Shown here piece after piece: positions 16,819-24,441 of a DNA stretch of 26,128 nucleotides. The stretch lies in IMG/VR virus record IMGVR_UViG_2713897073_000006. One strand, given 5' to 3'. The notes below the pieces were generated by a model that was not told the origin of the DNA, made no database searches, and saw only the letters and a program-made list of their open reading frames with translations. Source of the DNA: a virus (lineage: Duplodnaviria > Heunggongvirae > Uroviricota > Caudoviricetes). The translations under genes and the position numbers were made by a program. The number at the start of each line of letters is the position of its first letter. Within the stretch, counting starts at the first letter, position 1.

Positions 16819-18617
16819 GTTACTTTGGCCTTAATCCAGTAAACCAGAATCAGCAGCTTGACGAAGCAGCATCAAATCCAGCTGGCTTTAACAGCAATGT
16901 TGGTTTTTTCGACAATGCTGTAGGAGCGGCATTGTCTGGTTTGTACTCCGGGCTGGTGGCAAAGCCAGATCAGTTGCTATGGGCAGGGATGGATAAAATC
17001 GTATCCCCGATTGCTCAGTTTGTTAACGAAAACACCTCGCTCAATGACACTTCAGTTTCATACATTGCTGAGCAGAGAAAACTAGCAGAGCAGCAGGTTA
17101 AGCGGCTGACGCCTGATGCGGCGACAACCGGAACCGCCGGGCAGGTCCTTTATGGGTTGTTCGATATGGGCGGGCAGGCTGTTGTCGGTACAACGCTCGG
17201 TGGTCCGGTCGGAGGTGCTGCGGCGGTAACTTCGCTACAGGGTTTTTCTGAGTTTGAACGGCTGACAGCACAGGGTGTTGATTTCAGGACGGCGCAGGAA
17301 GCGGGATTAGTGCAGGGTATTACTGCTGGTGCCGGAACACTGATCCCTATGAGCCTCGGGTTACGTGCTGGTGGTGCGCTGGCGGAAGGTGTGGCGGCTC
17401 AGCTTGCGCGGACTGGTGAAAGTTCAGTGCGACGCGCCGCAGCAACAGCAGTACGTGCAACGCCAGATATTGCCTATGCCGCAGGTACAAATATTGCGTT
17501 CGGTATGGCACAGCGTGGGCTTACTGCAAAAACGCTTCGTGATGGTGGCTATAGCGAAATGGCTAACCAGTATGATGTGTTGGATCGACAGGCAATTGCT
17601 ATTGATGCTGTTCTTGGGGTGGCGTTTGGTGGTGTCGGCAGATTTATTAACTCTCGCGGCGAGTCTACAAGCGCACCAAATTTTTCACCAGTTGATGTTG
17701 ATGCTGCACTGGCGGCGAATGCCGCTCATCATGCTGAAATTGATATTGCGCCCGGCGTGCCGATCAACGTGCTTTCGCGCAATTCTCACATTCAGGCTCT
17801 GCGAAAAGCTATGTCTGATGTTAGCCAGGGGAGACCTGTAGACGTTGCCAGCATTGTTGAGTCTGCATCTTTCAGTGAAATTCCTGGGCGCAAGAGTCTG
17901 CTGTCTCAGGCAGTTAATGAGGCTCTGTCATCTGTAGATGATGGAGTAACGGCGCGCGCTATAGAAAATCGGTTGCTTGAAGAACAGGCCGCGCAGCTTT
18001 TGCCGCGTGGCGATAGACAGGTTTACCAGTCTGAAATCGCTAATAGCCAACGAATTATTGAAAATCTCACTGAACAGCGCGCACAAATTCTTGCAGAAGA
18101 GCCAACCGGTAGCGGTAAATCTTTGTCTCGTGCTCGATCAGATAAACAGGTCAGACTTCGCGATATTGACCAACGAATCCGGCAGGCACAAGAACGCCTG
18201 GAATTTTCCCGTAACGCGTTGGCGCCGCACGAGCCTGGAGGTCAGTTTTTTGAAGCTCGAGCAGAACTGGCACGGCGACAGCAGGCAGAAAGTGAACTTA
18301 ATGCTCAGGCTGTTTCATTCTATAAAACAGCAGAGGTCAGGACGCCAGACGAAGTAGCTCCTTTTGAGCCCGGTAAGATATTGCAACAGACAGAACAAAA
18401 AATGATGGCAGATCCGGCAGGAGATATTGATCTGCGTATAGCTGAAGACTCGCTGCTTGAATCTCCGGACATGATAATCACCGTGCTGGATGATGATGGT
18501 AATCCACAATCGCGCAGTGCGCGTGAAGTACTGGATGAAGCGAACAGGGAAAGTGAGCAGGCAATACAGGATTCCAGCCTGTTTGATGTTGCTGTGGCGT
18601 GTTTCTTGAGAGGTTAA
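16815..18617 (+). CDS. Internal virion / ejection protein (600 aa)
   Basis: ATGA-coupled to the upstream gene. Gly/Ala-rich N-terminal half and a charged, coiled-coil-like C-terminal half, typical of podovirus injection proteins. Confidence 0.7.
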   Translation: MSYFGLNPVNQNQQLDEAASNPAGFNSNVGFFDNAVGAALSGLYSGLVAKPDQLLWAGMDKIVSPIAQFVNENTSLNDTSVSYIAEQRKLAEQQVKRLTPDAATTGTAGQVLYGLFDMGGQAVVGTTLGGPVGGAAAVTSLQGFSEFERLTAQGVDFRTAQEAGLVQGITAGAGTLIPMSLGLRAGGALAEGVAAQLARTGESSVRRAAATAVRATPDIAYAAGTNIAFGMAQRGLTAKTLRDGGYSEMANQYDVLDRQAIAIDAVLGVAFGGVGRFINSRGESTSAPNFSPVDVDAALAANAAHHAEIDIAPGVPINVLSRNSHIQALRKAMSDVSQGRPVDVASIVESASFSEIPGRKSLLSQAVNEALSSVDDGVTARAIENRLLEEQAAQLLPRGDRQVYQSEIANSQRIIENLTEQRAQILAEEPTGSGKSLSRARSDKQVRLRDIDQRIRQAQERLEFSRNALAPHEPGGQFFEARAELARRQQAESELNAQAVSFYKTAEVRTPDEVAPFEPGKILQQTEQKMMADPAGDIDLRIAEDSLLESPDMIITVLDDDGNPQSRSAREVLDEANRESEQAIQDSSLFDVAVACFLRG

Positions 18618-18622
18618 ATTAA

Positions 18623-21097
18623 ATGAGACAGGAATGTATACAAGCGGTCCAGCAGGCGGCGCAGCGCACGTTAACGGCGCGAGAAATACAGAACATTGAA
18701 GACCGCATTTATCGAAATATGCGCTCCATTGCTCGTGATGACCCGATGTCGTGGCGACAACTTTCCGAATCAGAACGGTTGTATCGTGCAGCACAATTGG
18801 CATCTGAAGAATTACAGCGAGAAGCGGCATTAAAGAAACGTCGTGTGGCCCTCACTATAGCCGCACGTCAGAGATTGGATAAATTTATCAATAACTATCA
18901 AGGGGCTGATGGGAAACTTGGCGCTCTTAACCGTACTATTGCTTTTAATGCAGACGGTAAATCGAATTTCCTCTCTGTTGAATCCAGAACAAAAGCCACT
19001 CGTGATTATGCATTGAGTCAATTGCAGGAGGCATTTGAAGCAGTTGATCCTCGCTTTTTTGGCCTGTTTGAAGATGAAGCGGGCGTGCGTGACCTGGTAT
19101 ATGAAATGCGAGGGCAAAATACTGGCAATGCTAAAGCAAGAAAAGGTGCTAAGGCGTGGAGAGAAGTGACAGATCTACTTCGCCGCCGGTTTAATGATGC
19201 TGGTGGGGACATTGGCTATCTCGAAAACTGGGGGATCCCTCAACATCATTCTATGGAAAAGGTTGGGGCGGTATCAAAAGATAAATGGGTTAGCGATGTT
19301 ATAGGTAAGCTGGATCGCAAATATTATACCCGAGCCGATGGACAACTGATGAACGATGCCGAGTTGTCTGCATTTCTTGGAGAGGCTTATAACACGATCG
19401 CTACTGGTGGGCTGAATAAGCTTACTGACACCGGAATGCGAATTTCCGGAGCACGTGCTAACCGTGGTAATGCATCACGACAGATACATTTCAAAGATGC
19501 AGATTCCTATCTGCAATATCAGCAACTTTATGGCGATCGCTCTCTATGGGAAATCATGGTCGGTCACCTGGAAGGTATCAGTAAAGATATTGCACTGGTG
19601 GAAACATATGGCCCAAACCCCGATCATGTTTTCCGCTCTCTTCTTGATCAGGTGAAGGCAGAAACGGCAACAGCTAACCCGAGTAAAACCGGTAGCGTCG
19701 AGCGTCTGGCGAACAAAACAGAGAACTTGTACAACTTTATTTCCGGAAAAACACAGCCTGTAGCGAATCCCCACATCGCGCGATGGTCTGACAATATCCG
19801 CAACTGGCTGGTTGCCAGCAGACTCGGATCCGCGTTGCTGTCATCGTTCTCTGATCTTGGAACCATGTATCTGTCTGCGAAGGTTACCAACCTTCCAATG
19901 AACCAGTTATTTCGCAACCAGCTTGAAGCTATTGACCCAACGAACCGTACTGAGCTTGCGCGGGCGCGCCGCGCTGGCCTGGCGATGGAATCTCTACTTG
20001 GCAGCGTTAACCGCTGGGCGATGGATAATATGGGGCCGTCTGTGTCTCGTTGGGCGGCAACGGCGGTAATGCGTGCCAGTGGGCTTACAGCATGGTCAGA
20101 TGCGCACAAGCGCGCCTATGGCGTAACCATGATGGGAAGCCTGGGAGAAGTAGTGTCACGGACACCAGACCTTCGTAGCCTCGATGACTCTGATTTTCGT
20201 ATCCTGAAAAGTAAAGGGATTACTGACACAGACTGGAGCGTATGGAAGCTGGCGCAACAGGAGGACTGGGGGAACGGTAATAATACGATGCTGACACCGG
20301 AAAGCATTATGCGTATCCCTGATTCAGCAGTTAAACATCTTGGTGAGCCTGAACGCGTGAAATTTGAGGCAATGCGTAAACTGCTCGGTGCCGTAACTGA
20401 AGAAGTTGATATGGCTGTTATTACACCGGGCGCACGTGAGCAGATGTTCGTAGGGTCTGGTCTTCAGCGTGGAACATGGAAAGGTGAATTAACGAGAAGT
20501 GTTTTCCTGTTTAAATCGTTCCCTATCTCGGTTGTTATGCGTCACTGGTCACGCGCTATGGGTATGCCGTCTGCTGGTGGGCGTGCAGCATATATAGCAA
20601 CGTTTTTAGCAAGCACAACCATGCTTGGTGCTCTTTCCATGCAGATTACTGATCTTATTAATGGGAGAAATCCAAAGGAAATGACCGGTGACCACATGGT
20701 TAAATTCTGGATAAATGCATTTTTAAAAGGTGGCGGGGCTGGGTTGTACGGTGATTTTCTTTTCTCTGACCACACTAGGTACGGGAGCGGCGCGCTGGCG
20801 TCGATGCTTGGCCCGGTAGCTGGTCTGGTTGATGATGTAGTGAAGATTGCTCAGGGCATACCGTTAAATGCTGTGGAAGGGAAGAGTGAGCAGACTGGTG
20901 GTGATCTGGTGAAGCTGGGGAAAGGTTTGATGCCTGGTGCGAATCTCTGGTACTTGAAGGCGGCTCTCGATCACATGATCTTTAACCAGATGCAGGAGTA
21001 TTTTTCACCAGGTTATTTGCGTAAAATGGAGCAACGTTCGAAGAAAGAGTTTAACCAGACATACTGGTGGCGACCACAGGATGTCACTCCGCAATAA
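18623..21097 (+). CDS. Large internal virion / ejection protein (824 aa)
   Basis: GAGAGG ribosome-binding site. Last large gene of the structural operon; size and position match a T7 gp16-type core protein. No catalytic motif identified with confidence. Confidence 0.7.
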   Translation: MRQECIQAVQQAAQRTLTAREIQNIEDRIYRNMRSIARDDPMSWRQLSESERLYRAAQLASEELQREAALKKRRVALTIAARQRLDKFINNYQGADGKLGALNRTIAFNADGKSNFLSVESRTKATRDYALSQLQEAFEAVDPRFFGLFEDEAGVRDLVYEMRGQNTGNAKARKGAKAWREVTDLLRRRFNDAGGDIGYLENWGIPQHHSMEKVGAVSKDKWVSDVIGKLDRKYYTRADGQLMNDAELSAFLGEAYNTIATGGLNKLTDTGMRISGARANRGNASRQIHFKDADSYLQYQQLYGDRSLWEIMVGHLEGISKDIALVETYGPNPDHVFRSLLDQVKAETATANPSKTGSVERLANKTENLYNFISGKTQPVANPHIARWSDNIRNWLVASRLGSALLSSFSDLGTMYLSAKVTNLPMNQLFRNQLEAIDPTNRTELARARRAGLAMESLLGSVNRWAMDNMGPSVSRWAATAVMRASGLTAWSDAHKRAYGVTMMGSLGEVVSRTPDLRSLDDSDFRILKSKGITDTDWSVWKLAQQEDWGNGNNTMLTPESIMRIPDSAVKHLGEPERVKFEAMRKLLGAVTEEVDMAVITPGAREQMFVGSGLQRGTWKGELTRSVFLFKSFPISVVMRHWSRAMGMPSAGGRAAYIATFLASTTMLGALSMQITDLINGRNPKEMTGDHMVKFWINAFLKGGGAGLYGDFLFSDHTRYGSGALASMLGPVAGLVDDVVKIAQGIPLNAVEGKSEQTGGDLVKLGKGLMPGANLWYLKAALDHMIFNQMQEYFSPGYLRKMEQRSKKEFNQTYWWRPQDVTPQ

Positions 21098-21106
21098 GGA
21101 AGTGTT

Positions 21107-21280
21107 GTGTTTTTAATTATTTTGAGTGTGATAATTTCTGGTGGATTGTTATTTATTGACCGCTACAAATATTTTCTTAACCCTCAGACTCAAGCTATTT
21201 GCTGGTTCATCTTTGTTGTGCAGGGAGTAGTTCTTGTTGCAAGCCTTATTGAGGGGAGGCCTCTTATTTTTACTGGGTAA
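21107..21280 (+). CDS. Small hydrophobic membrane protein (57 aa, GTG start)
   Basis: GTG at 21107 with AAGGAAG 5 nt upstream, right after the stop of the large virion gene. Hand-translated VFLIILSVIISGGLLFIDRYKYFLNPQTQAICWFIFVVQGVVLVASLIEGRPLIFTG suggests two transmembrane segments. Not in the ORF track. Confidence 0.4.
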   Translation: MFLIILSVIISGGLLFIDRYKYFLNPQTQAICWFIFVVQGVVLVASLIEGRPLIFTG

Positions 21281-21293
21281 ATTAGGTGACTAC

Positions 21294-21590
21294 ATGCAAG
21301 CTATAGGATTCATTGTTTATATCGTCGTTGGTCTTTTTCAGTTGGCAGCAATTATGGCTGGGCTTGAATCATGGTGGGGATTGCACTGGATAATTGCAGC
21401 CCCCATTGCTTTCATCGTGAGCTATATTCCATTTGTTGGAGCGATTGTTGGTATGGTTGGCGCTGTGGATGTATGGCGGTGGGAGTGGTGGCAGGCTGGC
21501 CTTCTCTTCTTTGGTGGGATCATCTTTGCTATTGTCTGCGGTGGAATGTCATCATTTTTCGAATGGCTAGCATTCAGAAAAGGAACGTGA
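21294..21590 (+). CDS. Membrane protein with three predicted transmembrane helices (98 aa)
   Basis: ATG at 21294 with GGTGA ribosome-binding site; the track's TTG start at 21234 was rejected. Product MQAIGFIVYIVVGLFQLAAIMAGL...EWLAFRKGT has three hydrophobic spans and a short basic C-terminus. Followed by a terminator. Confidence 0.6.
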   Translation: MQAIGFIVYIVVGLFQLAAIMAGLESWWGLHWIIAAPIAFIVSYIPFVGAIVGMVGAVDVWRWEWWQAGLLFFGGIIFAIVCGGMSSFFEWLAFRKGT

Positions 21591-21599
21591 CATGTCACA

Positions 21600-21623
21600 G
21601 GCCGCTTTCGCGGCCTTGTTTTT
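21600..21623 (+). terminator. Rho-independent terminator after the membrane-protein gene
   Basis: Stem GGCCGC / GCGGCC (21600-21605 / 21610-21615), loop TTTC, followed by TTGTTTTT. Confidence 0.7.
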
Positions 21624-21783
21624 AACGAATGCCACCGCCTCCCGGGCGGGAATCCGCAGAACGCCCACCGCAGCGGGAGCCGTCAGCGGCAGTATCGCTG
21701 TCGTGCTGACAACGACCGGCAAAGGCCTGAGTTGAAGCTACCAGAGACAACAAAACGAACAGTGCAGCAAATGCTTTTTTCAT
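21622..21783 (-). CDS. Small secreted peptide with signal sequence (53 aa)
   Basis: ATG at 21783. Product MKKAFAALFVLLSLVASTQAFA|GRCQHDSDTAADGSRCGGRSADSRPGGGGIR has a Sec-type signal with AxA site and two Cys in the mature part. It has its own promoter-like element upstream. Confidence 0.35.
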   Translation of the reverse strand: MKKAFAALFVLLSLVASTQAFAGRCQHDSDTAADGSRCGGRSADSRPGGGGIR

Positions 21784-21796
21784 TGTGAAATTTCCA

Positions 21797-21824
21797 TCTA
21801 TAAGCCACCTCAATGTGGCGTCAA
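21797..21824 (-). promoter_or_regulatory. Putative sigma70 promoter for the small secreted-peptide gene
   Basis: On the minus strand, TTGACG (complement of 21819-21824), 16-nt spacer, TATAGA (complement of 21797-21802). The spacer contains the inverted repeat GCCAC-N6-GTGGC. Confidence 0.4.
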
Positions 21825-21855
21825 TGAGTGTAGCACTGACTTTTGTTTCGTCCAC

Positions 21856-21875
21856 AAAAAATCCCGCAGCGCGGG
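21856..21875 (-). terminator. Rho-independent terminator after the 147-aa accessory gene
   Basis: Stem CCCGC / GCGGG (21863-21867 / 21871-21875), loop AGC. On the minus strand it is followed by a six-T run (complement of AAAAAA at 21856-21861), right after the stop at 21877. Confidence 0.6.
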
Positions 21876-21876
21876 C

Positions 21877-22320
21877 TTATTCTTCTTCTTCATCATTAAA
21901 AAGCGGATTGTTGTTTCCATCTGATGAAAGGAAAGGTATGTGTTCTCTTGAAAATCCAACAATGACAATTTCATTATCATTTTTTGCATAATGAATGCAT
22001 TCATTAGAATGCATTCCGCCAGGGTTGAAATTTAAGTTAATGGTATAATTCTTAAATGTGTTTGGATACCATGTTGGCCCACAATGATAATGCCAATAAT
22101 TCTCTTGCTCATAATTGTCTGAGCCTGGAATTTTATCATGGTTATCATCAACCCACGAGGGCTTGTTTTTTCCAACAAGCGCCCTTCCATTGGCAACATC
22201 CTCTAAAAACCTTTGTATGATTTTTATTTCATCATCAGTAAGGAAAGGTCCGTCTACAGCGAAAGGGGTGTTGCTTTCCCCATGTAGAAAACTATTAGAT
22301 ATTCTAATGTTAAACTTCAA
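21877..22320 (-). CDS. Hypothetical accessory protein, AT-rich gene (147 aa, TTG start)
   Basis: TTG at 22320 preceded by AGGAG at 7-nt spacing. Coding sequence is visibly A+T-rich compared with the flanking virion genes. Product has an acidic NDEEEE tail and His/Cys/Trp-rich segments (ENYWHYHCGPTWYPN, GGMHSNECIHYAKND). No family recognised. Confidence 0.55.
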   Translation of the reverse strand: MKFNIRISNSFLHGESNTPFAVDGPFLTDDEIKIIQRFLEDVANGRALVGKNKPSWVDDNHDKIPGSDNYEQENYWHYHCGPTWYPNTFKNYTINLNFNPGGMHSNECIHYAKNDNEIVIVGFSREHIPFLSSDGNNNPLFNDEEEE

Positions 22321-22340
22321 GGAAAACTCCTGATGTGCTT

Positions 22341-22508
22341 CTATTTGGAGCGAAATGCCGCCTTGAAGTCGCTAAAAGATGTTCCTGTCTGGTAAACCAT
22401 ATCCTTGTCGCGCTCTTTGCTTGCGCGACCAAGCATAACTTTTCCAATGACATCCCAGCATTGCTTGGCTTGTTCATTGTGCTGAGTACGATTTTTCAAC
22501 GCTGTCAT
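22341..22508 (-). CDS. Hypothetical small protein (55 aa), upstream partner of the 147-aa gene
   Basis: ATG at 22508 with a strong AAGGAGG ribosome-binding site 8 nt upstream, directly downstream of operator site h. Hand-translated MTALKNRTQHNEQAKQCWDVIGKVMLGRASKERDKDMVYQTGTSFSDFKAAFRSK. Preferred over the plus-strand ORF 22335..22535. Confidence 0.45.
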   Translation of the reverse strand: MTALKNRTQHNEQAKQCWDVIGKVMLGRASKERDKDMVYQTGTSFSDFKAAFRSK

Positions 22509-22520
22509 ATCGCGCCTCCT

Positions 22521-22535
22521 TTACCTTTAAGGTAA
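22521..22535. promoter_or_regulatory. Palindromic operator-like site TTACCtttaaGGTAA (site h)
   Basis: Perfect motif just upstream of the ribosome-binding site of the 55-aa gene and just downstream of a TAATAT-like -10. Identical in sequence to site j. Confidence 0.6.
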
Positions 22536-22570
22536 TATTACGCGAATCTACATCACATCGCCAATGATTA

Positions 22571-22593
22571 TTTTAAAGGCACATCCCTGTGCC
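22571..22593 (-). terminator. Terminator-like hairpin after the Bro-N gene
   Basis: Stem GGCACA / TGTGCC (22578-22583 / 22588-22593), loop TCCC. On the minus strand it is followed by a T/A-rich run, 9 nt after the stop at 22602. Confidence 0.4.
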
Positions 22594-22601
22594 GCCGCCC
22601 G

Positions 22602-23330
22602 TCAGAAGAACCCTGCCTTGTCGTTGATGTACTCCGCGTGGGTCTGGATATCACGCAGGCATTTGCTCACACCGACGATGTAGCAGAACATGGTGGTCAG
22701 TTCCGCCGCCGCGCCCGATACGTCATGCCCGTCTTCCTGTAACTGGTTCAGCAAATTCATCAGCAGTGAGTTCTCCGTCAGGCCGAGAACACCAGACGGC
22801 GAATGAATCAGGCTACGGTAGCCGGGCTTCAGTGGGGCGCTGTAGGTTTTGTTCTCTATCTTCATTGCCTGCATCACTGCTGATGCTGTGGCGTTGGCTA
22901 CCTGGTCGGCAACCATCTTTATGCGTTCTTCTTGCGGGAGCGAGTTTTTAATGTAACTTCCGGTGCGGCGGATCTGAGGAAGAACCTCACCTGTAACCCA
23001 TTTACGAAAGCGGTATGGGATAGTGCCTGGTGTCACCGCATCGCGGCAGCGGAGGATCAGTGTGTAGAGGCCTGACTCGTTGATAATATTGGTTTCGCCT
23101 TGACGGCCTAAGTTAAATTTAGCCCTTTCATCATCATCAAGAGATTTTATTGACATAGTGGGGTTTGTCAGTTGAAGAGCTTTAATAACGTCTTTGGCAA
23201 CAAACCAAGGATTAATCGCAAATCCAACTCTCCTCAGAGTTATAACGCTCAAACGCTTTACACATACTTTGTGTTGGTGCTGGAGGGCGTTCAAGGGCAG
23301 CCATGACTTGCTCCCAAACATCCTCTTCAA
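22602..23330 (-). CDS. Bro-N domain antirepressor-like protein (N-terminus uncertain)
   Basis: Contains the Bro-N signature ...FAINPWFVAKDVIKAL...INESGLYTLILRCRDAV...FRKWVTGEVLPQIRRTGSY. The C-terminal roughly 90 aa are paralogous to the small protein at 24440..24697. The 5' 119 nt overlap the upstream RHH gene in another frame; an alternative ATG lies at 23156. Confidence 0.65.
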   Translation of the reverse strand: MKRMFGSKSWLPLNALQHQHKVCVKRLSVITLRRVGFAINPWFVAKDVIKALQLTNPTMSIKSLDDDERAKFNLGRQGETNIINESGLYTLILRCRDAVTPGTIPYRFRKWVTGEVLPQIRRTGSYIKNSLPQEERIKMVADQVANATASAVMQAMKIENKTYSAPLKPGYRSLIHSPSGVLGLTENSLLMNLLNQLQEDGHDVSGAAAELTTMFCYIVGVSKCLRDIQTHAEYINDKAGFF

Positions 23331-23496
23331 CGATCAAGCGGCGATGTTCATTAATAACTGTTTCAGCTCTAAAAGTCGCAGACTCCATTACAAATTGAGA
23401 TACGGACACTTTAGAAATAACAGCAGCTTCTTCGATACGGCGCTTCGCAGCTTCGGGCAGACGAAACTCGAACCGCTCCTTTCTTACTGCGTTCAT
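23212..23496 (-). CDS. DUF1778 / TacA-like ribbon-helix-helix protein (antitoxin-type fold)
   Basis: ATG at 23496 with AGGAG 5 nt upstream. The 94-aa product MNAVRKERFEFRLPEAAKRRIEEAAVISKVSVSQFVMESATFRAETVINEHRRLIVEEDVWEQVMAALERPPAPT matches the DUF1778 antitoxin pattern. No GNAT toxin gene follows. Confidence 0.75.
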   Translation of the reverse strand: MNAVRKERFEFRLPEAAKRRIEEAAVISKVSVSQFVMESATFRAETVINEHRRLIVEEDVWEQVMAALERPPAPTQSMCKAFERYNSEESWICD

Positions 23497-23560
23497 AACA
23501 ACTCCTGAGCTAATGCTCACAGTGGTTTATACCACATAACGATATGCACGGTACGGGAAT

Positions 23561-23575
23561 TTACCGTACAGGTAA
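23561..23575. promoter_or_regulatory. Palindromic operator-like site TTACCgtacaGGTAA (site i)
   Basis: Perfect motif 65 nt upstream of the RHH gene start, in the promoter region of the RHH / Bro-N operon. Confidence 0.6.
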
Positions 23576-23653
23576 TGATAAGCGCGAAGAAACATTAAAA
23601 TCAACCTTATTTGGTTGATTGCGTTTAACGCTTGATCACCTGAAAGCAAGATA

Positions 23654-23668
23654 TTACCTTTAAGGTAA
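23654..23668. promoter_or_regulatory. Palindromic operator-like site TTACCtttaaGGTAA (site j)
   Basis: Perfect motif 21 nt upstream of the ATG of the zinc-ribbon membrane-protein gene. Identical to site h. Confidence 0.6.
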
Positions 23669-23688
23669 TGTTATTGTGAGGAAAAGCA

Positions 23689-24417
23689 ATGGAAGTTTTC
23701 TGGATAGTTGTTGGTGTGGTTGCGGTGATTATTTACGTTATCAACCAGAACAAGACTAAGATCTCTGATCGTACGGTCGTTAATCATAACAAAACGATAA
23801 AGACCGAAGATGGGGAGATAACGATTAATCGTACACAGGTGATAGAACACACCTCTACTCAGTTTCAAAAAACTGGAGGTAATGCGCCTAATATTTCCGC
23901 ACCTCCTGCTTATGATAGTGCGGTAATCCAGACATATTATAAACAGCAGGAGTTAGCAAAAGAGAGGCAACTGATTCAGCCAAAGCCGTTTACAACTGAG
24001 ATTCCACCTGGAGTGTCAACGCGTCCGGCATATCATGGAAGATTCCCTGGTGATGACATATCGTCTCAGTCATCTAAAAAAGCACCTCAGGCAATATCAG
24101 AGCCAGCAAGAATACCTTCTGTATCGCCGCAAAAAGAAGAATCAGCTAACAGAGTTTCAAGTGGTAGCAAGCAGTGCTTGCGATGCAGAATAAACCTTCC
24201 ATATGAAAAATTCAGGAAATCGTCAAAAAATCCAGATGGATTGACTAAATGGTGTGCAAGGTGTCTCGATGGCCCAAAGAATACACGCCATATGAAGTGG
24301 TGCCCAATTTGTAATGTCCGCAGAAAACGAACCAGCTTTTACCCTAATAATCAAAATGCGGACGGCTTAATGGCATGGTGCAAAACGTGCTGGGATGAGC
24401 ACAAAGCGAAACGATAG
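23689..24417 (+). CDS. Membrane-anchored protein with C-terminal tandem C4 zinc ribbons (function unknown)
   Basis: GAGG ribosome-binding site. N-terminal hydrophobic helix MEVFWIVVGVVAVIIYVI, long polar Ser/Pro/Gln-rich linker, then two repeats of C-x2-C ... (N)xDGL-x2-WC-x2-C (CLRC...PDGLTKWCARC and CPIC...ADGLMAWCKTC). Confidence 0.7.
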   Translation: MEVFWIVVGVVAVIIYVINQNKTKISDRTVVNHNKTIKTEDGEITINRTQVIEHTSTQFQKTGGNAPNISAPPAYDSAVIQTYYKQQELAKERQLIQPKPFTTEIPPGVSTRPAYHGRFPGDDISSQSSKKAPQAISEPARIPSVSPQKEESANRVSSGSKQCLRCRINLPYEKFRKSSKNPDGLTKWCARCLDGPKNTRHMKWCPICNVRRKRTSFYPNNQNADGLMAWCKTCWDEHKAKR

Positions 24418-24441
24418 GCCGCTCTTGCGGCCTTTAAATTT
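24417..24441. terminator. Bidirectional terminator-like hairpin between convergent genes
   Basis: Stem GGCCGC / GCGGCC (24417-24422 / 24427-24432), loop TCTT, followed by TTTAAATTT on the plus strand. Sits between the stop of the zinc-ribbon gene (24417) and the stop of the minus-strand gene (24440). Confidence 0.55.

Noticed and set aside
21234-21590. Long TTG-initiated version of the membrane-protein ORF
   Set aside because: The TTG start has no ribosome-binding site and would overlap the upstream small membrane ORF. The internal ATG at 21294 with a GGTGA site is the better start.
22335-22535. Plus-strand 66-aa ORF
   Set aside because: No ribosome-binding site, and it is antisense to a minus-strand ORF (22341..22508) that has a strong AAGGAGG site and sits in an operon with the downstream gene.
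23212-23496. Canonical TacA-TacT (DUF1778 plus GNAT) toxin-antitoxin pair
   Set aside because: Only the DUF1778/RHH gene is present; no GNAT acetyltransferase ORF lies adjacent on either strand. I therefore treat it as an RHH regulator coupled to the Bro-N gene, not a classical TA pair.
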